This document shows positions 7,784 through 16,431 of a stretch of 64,000 bases of DNA, one piece after another (the stretch's first letter is position 1; every line of letters starts with the position of its first letter). The notes under the pieces are model-generated. The model searched no databases. It had not been told where the DNA came from and saw nothing but the letters and a program-made list of their open reading frames with translations. Both the position numbers and the translations under genes were made by a program. Where the stretch lies: contig CAKOTU010000004.1 of assembly GCA_934120265.1 (NCBI GenBank), forward strand, positions 285 through 64,284, read 5' to 3'. The stretch is from an uncultured Bacilli bacterium. Its GTDB lineage: Bacteria; Bacillota_I; Bacilli_A; RF39; UBA660.

Positions 7784-8479
7784 ATGGACTTAATTAGAAT
7801 GAGAAATGTAAATAAAACATATAAAACAGGAGTAACTGCTATATATGATTTAAATCTAGATATAAAGAAAGGTGAGTTTGTTTTTATTATTGGTTCTACA
7901 GGTTGTGGGAAAAGTACTTTAATAAAAATGCTTTACCGTGAAGAAAAAGCCAACAGTGGAAAAATCATTGTTGGAGGTATTGATGTAAATAAATTAAGAA
8001 ATAGTAAGGTATATAAATTAAGAAGAAAACTTGGTGTTGTTTTCCAAGATTATAAATTATTACCAAAATTAACTGTATATGAAAATGTGGCTTTTGCTTT
8101 AGAGGTATTTGGAAACTCAAAAAGTGAGATTCATCCTAAAGTAATAAAAGCCTTAGAGTTAGTTGGATTAAAAGGTAAAGCAAAAAACTTCCCAACACAG
8201 TTATCAGGAGGGGAGCAGCAACGTGTTGCTATAGCTCGTGCCATTGTTAATGAACCTAAGTTATTGATTTGCGATGAACCAACGGGAAACCTAGATGAAG
8301 TAACTAGTATGGAAATAATGAAGGTACTAGAAGAAATTAATAAACTAGGAACCACAATTATTATGGTTACTCATGATACAACAATTGTTAATGCATTGAA
8401 AAAAAGAGTAATTGTATTAGATTCAGGTCGTATTTTAAAGGATTATAAGGAAGGAGAATATAAACATGAAGGTATTTAG
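7784..8479 (+). CDS. ftsE: Cell division ATP-binding protein FtsE
   Basis: Walker A GSTGCGKST, signature LSGGEQQRVAIARA, Walker B LLICDEPT. Followed by ftsX. Confidence 0.9.
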   Translation: MDLIRMRNVNKTYKTGVTAIYDLNLDIKKGEFVFIIGSTGCGKSTLIKMLYREEKANSGKIIVGGIDVNKLRNSKVYKLRRKLGVVFQDYKLLPKLTVYENVAFALEVFGNSKSEIHPKVIKALELVGLKGKAKNFPTQLSGGEQQRVAIARAIVNEPKLLICDEPTGNLDEVTSMEIMKVLEEINKLGTTIIMVTHDTTIVNALKKRVIVLDSGRILKDYKEGEYKHEGI

Positions 8480-9365
8480 AATTCTTTTTAGAGATATAAG
8501 AGATGCATTTAAAAGTGTCTTCAGGAACTTTTCTCTTTCAGTAGCGTCAATTTCTTGTATAACAATAACATTATTAGTAGTTGCTATTGCTTTCATCCTT
8601 TCTGAAAATGTTAATAATTTTGCAAATATTGTAGAAAAAGATGTTACAATTGTTGCTTTTATTGATAACAGTGCTAAACAAGAAGATTTAGAACAAATAA
8701 AAAATAAAATAAATGAGTTAGATAATATTGAAGAGGTAAATTTCGAATCAAGAACACAAATAATGGATGATATGAAAGCTTCTTCAGAAGTATTTAATAA
8801 TATTATGGAAAACTATACAGAAGATGATACTCCTGTTCAAGATACATACTTAATAAAAGTAAAAGATATTGATAAAATTGGTGATACTGCTAATCAAATT
8901 AAAGAAATAGAATTAGTAAGTAGTGTTAAGTATGGAGAAGGAATGGTTGATCAACTAATATCTGTATTTGATGTTGTTAGAAAAATAAGTATTATTGTAG
9001 TAGCCGCATTAATTTTGGTAACAGCGTTCCTAATTGCCAATACAATTAAAATTACTATTTTTTCAAGAAAAAGAGAAATTTCAATTATGCGTCTAGTAGG
9101 AGCTTCTAATATAAATATTAAAATACCATTTATTTTTGAGGGATTATTCTTAGGATTGTTAGGTTCAATAATTCCAGTACTTGCAACAACTTTTGGATAT
9201 GTTAGCTTATACAAACATTTTGGTGGACAATTATTCTCACCATTTATACGTTTAATAACTCCAGAACCATTTATATACGAGGTATCATTATTATTAGTAA
9301 TAATTGGTATGGTTGTTGGTATGTTTGGTAGTGTTAGAGCCGTTAAGAAACATTTGAAGATATAA
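8466..9365 (+). CDS. ftsX: Cell division permease-like protein FtsX
   Basis: N-terminal TM helix, a periplasmic-type domain, then 3 C-terminal TM helices. Overlaps ftsE by 14 nt. Confidence 0.85.
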   Translation: MKVFRILFRDIRDAFKSVFRNFSLSVASISCITITLLVVAIAFILSENVNNFANIVEKDVTIVAFIDNSAKQEDLEQIKNKINELDNIEEVNFESRTQIMDDMKASSEVFNNIMENYTEDDTPVQDTYLIKVKDIDKIGDTANQIKEIELVSSVKYGEGMVDQLISVFDVVRKISIIVVAALILVTAFLIANTIKITIFSRKREISIMRLVGASNINIKIPFIFEGLFLGLLGSIIPVLATTFGYVSLYKHFGGQLFSPFIRLITPEPFIYEVSLLLVIIGMVVGMFGSVRAVKKHLKI

Positions 9366-9381
9366 TTAAAATTATCAGTGT

Positions 9382-9413
9382 AAAGGTACAATTATTTGTA
9401 CCTTTTTCTTTTT
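9382..9413 (+). terminator. Intrinsic terminator after ftsX
   Basis: aaaggtaca-attattt-gtaccttt followed by ttctttt. Confidence 0.7.
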
Positions 9414-9419
9414 GAAACA

Positions 9420-9610
9420 TTGACAATAATTAATATTAAAAGGTATAATAAAAACAGTAAGGGTAGTGATAGTATGGTTAAAGAGATAAATAAAAATTTA
9501 ACTCAAAACCCGACATGGGGGGGGTATTTAATCATACTATAAAATTAAATAATAAAGAAAACACAAAGTTTCTAGACTTTTTAATAGTCTAGATTTCTCT
9601 GTGTTTTTTT
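9420..9610 (+). promoter_or_regulatory. Leader cassette copy 2 (G8 tract)
   Basis: TTGACA(9420)-18 nt-TATAAT(9444). Mini-ORF 9474-9542 encodes MVKEINKNLTQNPTWGGYLIIL. G-run 9517-9524. Terminator 9561-9610. Only ~52 nt separate the terminator from the ATG, and I see no second promoter. Confidence 0.7.
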
Positions 9611-9662
9611 GTTGTCCCTTTACTAAGTAAAGTAAATCTAAATAAAAGGAGGAGGAAATATT

Positions 9663-11438
9663 ATGAAAAATGAAAAAGGTTTTACTTTAATAGAGTTATT
9701 AGCAGTAATAGTAGTACTAGCAATAATAGCGCTAATCGCAACACCAATAGTAACAAGAGTAATAAATTCTAGTAAGGATTCTGCTAATAAAATAAGTGCA
9801 AGTAATTTTGCTAGTGAGGCTAATAAGTATGTAATAGAAGAAAGACTAAGTGGGAATATAAAGAATGGAAATATTTTTAATGAAGTGTCTAAAAGAATGA
9901 ATGGTAAGAAACCTACTTCGGGAGTAGTTTATGCGGATGACAATGGGAATATCGCTTTAGCTTTAGTATTTGATGATAAATGTTATACAAAGGAATACGG
10001 TAGTGATGAAATAAAAACAACTGACATTAATGAATGTCATGCCCCAGTAGATTATTTAGCACTTGGAAATACAGAGAATGATACAGAAGCAACATTCTTT
10101 AATGGACCTATCAAAAAAAGTAGTGTTGAAAAAATAGTGTTTGTAAATAGTAATCTTGTTCCAACAGATGCAATAGGAAAATGGAATGCAAGTGCAAGTG
10201 GTGAAGGAGATGTAGTTGCATGGTATAAAGATGAAGATAATAATAACTTATACGAAGTATATATAGGTGGAAAAGGTGGAGTAAAAGCTAATCCTAATTC
10301 TACTAAATTATTTAATTATTTTACAAACTTAGTAAGTATAGATTTTAAATATCTTGATACATCAAGTGTTACAAGTATGCAAGCAATGTTTCAGGACTGC
10401 TTTAAATTAACAACATTAGACTTAAGCGGTTTTGATACATCAAAAGTAACCGATATGGGTGGAATGTTTAATGATTGTTTAAATTTAACTACACTAGATG
10501 TAAGCAGTTTTAATACTTCAAACGTTACAAGCATGCGAGCTATGTTTCAAAAGTGTTCGAAACTAACTGCTTTGGATGTAAGCCATTTTGATACATCGAA
10601 TGTTACAAGTATGAGATATATGTTTAATAAATGCTCAAGTTTGACAATATTAGATGTAAGTCATTTTAATACATCAAATGTTACAAGTATGCAAGGAATG
10701 TTTGCCTGCTGTTCAAGTTTAACAACACTAGATGTGAGTCGTTTTAATACTTCAAACGTTACAAGCATGCGAGCTATGTTTGAACTTTGTTCAAATTTAA
10801 CAACATTAGATGTGAGTAATTTTGATACATCAGAGGTAACTAATATGACGTTTATGTTCAGTCAATGTTCAAGTTTAACAATATTAGATGTAAGCAACTT
10901 TGATACATCGAATGTTACAAATATGCATACTATGTTTCAGGACTGTTCTAAATTAAATGAATTAGATGTAAGTAACTTTAATACGTCAAGGGTAACTGAT
11001 ATGGGTGGTATGTTCAGTTTCTTAATAAATATTAAATCATTAGATGTTTCTCATTTTGATACATCAAATGTAACCAATATGAAATCTATGTTTAATGAAT
11101 GCAATAATTTGGAATCTTTAGATTTAAAAAATTTTAGTACAGGATTAGTAACAGATATGAGTTATATGTTTGAAAATTGTTATAAGTTGACTGATTTAGA
11201 TTTGAGTAGTTTTGAAACTAGTAAGTTACAAAATACGGAGCACATGTTTAATGGAAGTTCAAAATTAGCAACAATCAATTTCTCAAAAGCAACATTTAAC
11301 GCTATAACTAAATATGATAAGATGTTTGGTGGATGTGGACTGACTAGTATTACAGTAAAAGATGATGATGCAAAAACATTTATTGATGCTAGACTAAAAG
11401 ATTCAAGTATTAATATTGAAGCAACAAAGGTAAGCTAG
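9663..11438 (+). CDS. Modular prepilin-type protein, paralog of 3824-5674, with 12 BspA/DUF285-type LRR units
   Basis: MKNEKGFTLIELLAVIVVLAIIALIATP with RBS aaggaggagg. Nt 9681-10219 are identical to 3839-4377. The 3' ~290 nt are also near-identical. Confidence 0.85.
   Translation: MKNEKGFTLIELLAVIVVLAIIALIATPIVTRVINSSKDSANKISASNFASEANKYVIEERLSGNIKNGNIFNEVSKRMNGKKPTSGVVYADDNGNIALALVFDDKCYTKEYGSDEIKTTDINECHAPVDYLALGNTENDTEATFFNGPIKKSSVEKIVFVNSNLVPTDAIGKWNASASGEGDVVAWYKDEDNNNLYEVYIGGKGGVKANPNSTKLFNYFTNLVSIDFKYLDTSSVTSMQAMFQDCFKLTTLDLSGFDTSKVTDMGGMFNDCLNLTTLDVSSFNTSNVTSMRAMFQKCSKLTALDVSHFDTSNVTSMRYMFNKCSSLTILDVSHFNTSNVTSMQGMFACCSSLTTLDVSRFNTSNVTSMRAMFELCSNLTTLDVSNFDTSEVTNMTFMFSQCSSLTILDVSNFDTSNVTNMHTMFQDCSKLNELDVSNFNTSRVTDMGGMFSFLINIKSLDVSHFDTSNVTNMKSMFNECNNLESLDLKNFSTGLVTDMSYMFENCYKLTDLDLSSFETSKLQNTEHMFNGSSKLATINFSKATFNAITKYDKMFGGCGLTSITVKDDDAKTFIDARLKDSSINIEATKVS
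10322..11285 (+). repeat. 12 in-frame ~75-bp LRR units (coordinates approximate)
   Basis: I counted 12 F[DNSE]T[ST]xV motifs, one unit (25 aa) fewer than the paralog. Confidence 0.8.
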
Positions 11439-11474
11439 AAATAATTTGCAAAAATAATAATTTAATAACAAAAA

Positions 11475-11513
11475 ATGGAAAGTTTAAAAATGTATGGACT
11501 TTTCATTTTTTTT
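11475..11513 (+). terminator. Intrinsic terminator after the second LRR-pilin gene
   Basis: atggaaagt-(loop)-acttttcat followed by ttttttt. Confidence 0.7.
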
Positions 11514-11551
11514 GCTATATAATAAAAATCAATTTTATGGAGGTGATCTTT

Positions 11552-13858
11552 TTGATAAAAACAAACTTGCCAGTTATTTTGTTAAGAGGTCTTATATTGC
11601 TTCCAAATAACGAAATTAGATTAGAATTTGATAATGATTTGAGCAAAAACATAATTGATGTATCGGAACTGTTTCACGATAATATGTTACTAGTTGTAAG
11701 TTCTTTAAATCCACTTGAAGAAATACCTACAGAAAAAGATCTGCCTAGTATAGGGGTTGTTTCTAAGATAGTTAATAAGATTGAACTTCCAAATGGAAAA
11801 ACACGTGTTATCATAAAAGGTATTAATAGAGCTTATGTAAATGAATATTTAAACTTAAAACATCCTAGTGAGGTTTTAGAATCTATCATAACTAATATTG
11901 ATGATAAAGAGATAGAATCTAAAATGGAAAAAATAATGATAAATAAGATAAAAAGAGAACTTGAAATATATATTAAGAAAGTTTCTTATACTAGTAATAG
12001 CATTCTTTCTCTAGTTTCTAATATAAGTAGATTATCAAAATTAACTGATATAGTTGTTCCTAATATTTTAATTGATAACAATCGTTTACTTGTTTATTTA
12101 AATGAATCTGATCCTATGAAAAGAGGAGAGATGATTTTAGAAGATATATATTCTGAAAAAGAATCTTTTGAAATAGAAAAACAAATTGATTTAAAAGTTA
12201 AAAAAAATATGGAAGACAGTCAAAAAGAATATCTACTACGTGAAAAGTTAAAGTTAATTAAAGAAGAACTGGGTGATGTTAGTTCCAAGGATGATGAAGT
12301 AGAATCTATTAAAGAAAAAATAGCAAAATTAAAAGCTAATGATAAAATAAAAGAAAAGCTAAATAGCGAATTAAAGAAATACGAGTCCTTAAATCAAACT
12401 TCACCAGAAGTAGCTATTATAAAGAATTATATTGATTGGTTATTAGATCTACCTTGGGGTGAATATACAGAAGACAATACGGATTTAGATAAAGTATTGG
12501 AATCTTTAAATAAAAGTCATTTTGGATTAGAAAAAGTAAAGGATAGAATTATAGAATATCTTGCGGTTAAAATTAATGCGGATAGGTTAAAGAGTCCAAT
12601 TATATGCCTAGTTGGTCCTCCAGGAGTTGGTAAAACAACTTTAGCTCGTAGTATTGCAGAGAGTATAAATCGTAGATTTGTAAAAATTAGTGTTGGTGGG
12701 GTTAATGATGAAGCTGAAATAAAAGGACATCGCAGGACTTATCTTGGAGCAATGCCGGGAAAGATTATTCAAGCTATGAAAAAAGCAAAATCAAATAATC
12801 CTGTATTCTTAATTGATGAAATAGATAAGATGACTAACAATATAAAAGGAGATCCAGCTAGCGCTTTACTTGAAGTGTTGGATCCGGAACAAAATGAATA
12901 TTTTGTTGATAACTTTGTTGAAGAAGAGTATGACTTATCAAAAGTTATGTTTATAACTACTGCTAATTCATTAGATTCAATACCTGGTCCATTAAGAGAT
13001 AGACTAGAGATTATTGAACTTAATAGTTATACTGAGTATGAAAAAATGGATATAGCTAAGAAACATTTAATTCCTAGTTTATTAAACAGTCATAATGCTA
13101 AAAATATAAAGATTTTAGATAGTTCTATATTGGAAATAATTAGATATTATACTATGGAAGCTGGAGTTAGAAATCTTGAACGTAAATTAGAAGAAGTAAT
13201 CAGAAAAATTATTACAGATAGGTTAAAAAATAAAAAAGAAGATGTGGTTATTGTTGATGATGTTTCTAAGTATCTTGGTAATAGAAAATACAGTTTTGGA
13301 AAACTAGAAAAGAATGAAGTAGGAGTAGTAAATGGTCTTGCTTATACACCTTTTGGTGGGGATATTATTAAAATAGAAGTAAATTATTATAAAGGCCATG
13401 GTAATTTAATTTTAACGGGTTCTTTAGGTGATGTTATTAAAGAGAGTGCTCAAATAGCACTTAGTTATGTAAGATCAAATGCTAGTATTTTTGGTATAGA
13501 TAATGAAAAATTTATTAAAAATGATATACATATTCATATTCCTGATGGTTCTGTTCCTAAAGACGGACCAAGTGCTGGAATAGCTATTACAACGGCAATT
13601 ATTTCTTCTTTATCAAATCGTGTTGTAGATTCAAGCTTAGCTTATACTGGAGAAATAACTTTACGAGGTAATATACTTGCAATAGGTGGACTAAAAGAAA
13701 AAAGTATTGGAGCTTTGAGAAGCGGAATTAAAACGATTTATATACCAGAAGATAATACTAAAGATTTAGAAGAAATTCCTAATGAAATAAAAGAAAGAAT
13801 AAATTATGTAAGTTTTAATAATTATATGGAATTGTTTAAAAATTTAATTAAGAGGTAA
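11552..13858 (+). CDS. lon: ATP-dependent Lon protease
   Basis: Walker A GPPGVGKTT, Walker B FLIDEIDK, protease motif PKDGPSAGIA. A TTG start at 11552 lies 5 nt after ggaggtga; the track ATG at 11537 sits inside that RBS. Confidence 0.95.
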   Translation: MIKTNLPVILLRGLILLPNNEIRLEFDNDLSKNIIDVSELFHDNMLLVVSSLNPLEEIPTEKDLPSIGVVSKIVNKIELPNGKTRVIIKGINRAYVNEYLNLKHPSEVLESIITNIDDKEIESKMEKIMINKIKRELEIYIKKVSYTSNSILSLVSNISRLSKLTDIVVPNILIDNNRLLVYLNESDPMKRGEMILEDIYSEKESFEIEKQIDLKVKKNMEDSQKEYLLREKLKLIKEELGDVSSKDDEVESIKEKIAKLKANDKIKEKLNSELKKYESLNQTSPEVAIIKNYIDWLLDLPWGEYTEDNTDLDKVLESLNKSHFGLEKVKDRIIEYLAVKINADRLKSPIICLVGPPGVGKTTLARSIAESINRRFVKISVGGVNDEAEIKGHRRTYLGAMPGKIIQAMKKAKSNNPVFLIDEIDKMTNNIKGDPASALLEVLDPEQNEYFVDNFVEEEYDLSKVMFITTANSLDSIPGPLRDRLEIIELNSYTEYEKMDIAKKHLIPSLLNSHNAKNIKILDSSILEIIRYYTMEAGVRNLERKLEEVIRKIITDRLKNKKEDVVIVDDVSKYLGNRKYSFGKLEKNEVGVVNGLAYTPFGGDIIKIEVNYYKGHGNLILTGSLGDVIKESAQIALSYVRSNASIFGIDNEKFIKNDIHIHIPDGSVPKDGPSAGIAITTAIISSLSNRVVDSSLAYTGEITLRGNILAIGGLKEKSIGALRSGIKTIYIPEDNTKDLEEIPNEIKERINYVSFNNYMELFKNLIKR

Positions 13859-13860
13859 AT

Positions 13861-14514
13861 ATGGAAAAATATTATAATAAAAAGTTATTACAAGCTATTT
13901 GCTTTGCGGATGATGCAAGAATATATTTAGATGAAAATGTATTAACACCATCATTTTTAGAGATGGTTAGTTCTTTCCTAATTGATCATGAGCTAAGTGG
14001 AATATTTGATGAAAGAATGAGAGAAAATTTGATAGAGTTAGCTGATTATCTTAGATATAATGGACAACCTGCTTTAGCGAATGATTTTATCATATTAATT
14101 AATGGTGCACCAATAAATTACTATAGATGGTATGAATTTTTGTATAGAGAATTTGATAAACGTAAAACTTCATTTAGAGAAAAATTTAATATTAAAGATA
14201 GTGGTAGTATGAAGGCTTTATTTACTTCATTAGAGATGGATTATCTTGTATTACAATCTTTATTATGCGATGATGAGACATTTATAGATAATTTTGTTCA
14301 AAAGTTGATTTTAGATGAATTTTATTTTATCAGTTGCAAAAGAATATGCGAGGAATTTCCACAACTATTCGAAGATGAAAAAATACAGGAAAGAGTAGTT
14401 GTTATTCATTTATGCAACGAAAAAATGAAAAAAGAAATAAATGTGAAACAAATAAAAGATTATAGAGAGGTAATAAAAGTAGGAAAGAAATTAGTAAAAA
14501 AAGTGATTAAGTAA
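13861..14514 (+). CDS. Hypothetical protein
   Basis: RBS agagg, tightly packed after lon. No motif recognised. Confidence 0.4.
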   Translation: MEKYYNKKLLQAICFADDARIYLDENVLTPSFLEMVSSFLIDHELSGIFDERMRENLIELADYLRYNGQPALANDFIILINGAPINYYRWYEFLYREFDKRKTSFREKFNIKDSGSMKALFTSLEMDYLVLQSLLCDDETFIDNFVQKLILDEFYFISCKRICEEFPQLFEDEKIQERVVVIHLCNEKMKKEINVKQIKDYREVIKVGKKLVKKVIK

Positions 14515-14531
14515 CATAATCACTTTTTTTT
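14501..14531 (+). terminator. Intrinsic terminator overlapping the 3' end of the hypothetical gene
   Basis: aagtgatta-agtaaca-taatcactt followed by tttttt. Confidence 0.65.
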
Positions 14532-14562
14532 GTCATATAAATTTAATGAATAGGAGGAAGTT

Positions 14563-15276
14563 ATGAAAAAAATAATACCTTTTAATAAAGAAATGTTATT
14601 TAATGATAATGTATTTGAAATAACAAGTATATCCTTGGAACACGATCTTAAAGTAAGTGATAATAATCTTATAAGTGGTAAATTTTATATAAATGGTGAA
14701 TATAAAATATCTGATGCAAGTACTAATACAGAGGTGTTTAAATTTGAGTTACCGTGTGACATAAACATAGATTCTAAATATATTTTAGATAATGTAAGGA
14801 TTGATATAGATGATTTTTATTATGAAGTTATTAATTCAAATATATTAAAAATTAATATTGATGTTTTAATTGATCGGTTAGAAGAAAAAAAAGAAGCAGA
14901 AGAAACTTTAGAGGAAATAAAAATAGAAGATGCTTCTGATGATAGAGTGAATTCAATTGAAATTAAAACAAATTCAATTGAAGAATTAGAAAAAGATTTA
15001 GAAAGAGAAGGTAATAATATGGAAACTGTAGAAAAAGAAAGATGTATTGAAGATGAAGATATAAGCAGTGTTAAATCGATTTTTGGTAATTTTACTGATA
15101 CTACTGAAACATATAAAACATATAAAGTTTATATCGTTCGTGAAGGAGATAATCTAGAAAGTATTATTCAAAAATATTCAGTTTCTAAAGAAATATTAGA
15201 AAAATATAATAATGTTAACGAAATTAATATTGGAGATAAAATAATAGTTCCTAGCTTATTAAATGAAAAAAATTAA
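14563..15276 (+). CDS. spoVID: SpoVID-like spore coat morphogenesis protein (C-terminal LysM)
   Basis: The N-terminus (ITSISLEHDLKVSDNNLISGKFYINGEY) resembles SpoVID. It has an acidic middle region and a C-terminal LysM domain (YIVREGDNLESIIQKYSVSKEILEKYNNV...GDKIIVP). Synteny with ysxE and valS supports the call. Confidence 0.6.
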   Translation: MKKIIPFNKEMLFNDNVFEITSISLEHDLKVSDNNLISGKFYINGEYKISDASTNTEVFKFELPCDINIDSKYILDNVRIDIDDFYYEVINSNILKINIDVLIDRLEEKKEAEETLEEIKIEDASDDRVNSIEIKTNSIEELEKDLEREGNNMETVEKERCIEDEDISSVKSIFGNFTDTTETYKTYKVYIVREGDNLESIIQKYSVSKEILEKYNNVNEINIGDKIIVPSLLNEKN

Positions 15277-16162
15277 TGATTTATTAAGGGAATATTCAAT
15301 AAAACCTCTTAGATATACAAAAGAAGGTAAAGCAGTCATTATTGATACCGATGACAAAAGATTTGTTATAAAAGAAAGATTTAATAAAGATTTAAAGATT
15401 TATAATTACTTAGCTTCTAGAAATTTTAATTATTATCCGCATATTATTAATAGTAGTAGTGATGATTATCAGATAATGGAATATATAGATCAATATGATA
15501 TTCCTGATGAACAAAAAATAATTGATTTAATTGATTTGGTTGCGCTATTACATAGTAAAACTACACATTTTAAAGAAACAACAGAAGATGATTATAAAGA
15601 GATATATGAGGATATTTCTAATAACATAATTTATTTAAATAGTTATTATAATGATTTAATTAATATTATTGATACAAAAGTTTATCCTAGTCCTAGTGAA
15701 TATTTGCTGGCCAGAAATATAAGTAAGATATTTGCTTCATTGAAGTACGCTGAACATGAATTAAATGAATGGTATGAAATAGTTAAGAATACTAATAAAA
15801 AAAGATTGGCTGTACTTCACAACAATCTTGATTTAAGTCATTTTTTAAGAAATAGCAATTCATATTTAATAAGTTGGGAAAAAGCTAAAGTAGATATACC
15901 AATATTTGATCTTTATAAATTGTACAAAAAAGTTGGTCTTGATTTTGAATTTACTGAAATACTAAAAAGATATGAAAAAAATTATCCTCTTTTAAATGAA
16001 GAAAGAAAACTATTATTTATTTTAATGGCTCTGCCTGATAAAGTTGAACTAGATAATAATGAATATGAAAATACCAAAAAAATGGGGAAGATGATAGATT
16101 TAGTATACAAAACAGAAATGATTATTTCACCATATTATTCTGAAGAAGGAAAAACCAAATAA
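15263..16162 (+). CDS. ysxE: YsxE/CotS-like kinase-fold spore coat protein
   Basis: Position directly after the spoVID-like gene and before valS, as in B. subtilis. The Brenner-type region is degenerate (VLHNNLDLSHFL). Confidence 0.5.
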   Translation: MKKINDLLREYSIKPLRYTKEGKAVIIDTDDKRFVIKERFNKDLKIYNYLASRNFNYYPHIINSSSDDYQIMEYIDQYDIPDEQKIIDLIDLVALLHSKTTHFKETTEDDYKEIYEDISNNIIYLNSYYNDLINIIDTKVYPSPSEYLLARNISKIFASLKYAEHELNEWYEIVKNTNKKRLAVLHNNLDLSHFLRNSNSYLISWEKAKVDIPIFDLYKLYKKVGLDFEFTEILKRYEKNYPLLNEERKLLFILMALPDKVELDNNEYENTKKMGKMIDLVYKTEMIISPYYSEEGKTK

Positions 16163-16431
16163 TACAAGGAAGATAAGAATTAGGAAAATATTAAATCGTG
16201 TTAAAATGAAAAAAGTAATAATTATTTGATAGATTAAAATAATTGCTAGTATACAAGAACAAAGACACCATTTACCACGATTTCTAAACCAATTGTTATT
16301 ACACATAAAATCACCTATAATAGTTTATGTAAATAGTTAAAATATGTATGTACAAAAGAATTTGTTTAAATTCTTTTTTTTTTCTTTAAAATATTATATA
16401 ATGTTGATAGTAATAATAATAGAGGTGACTT

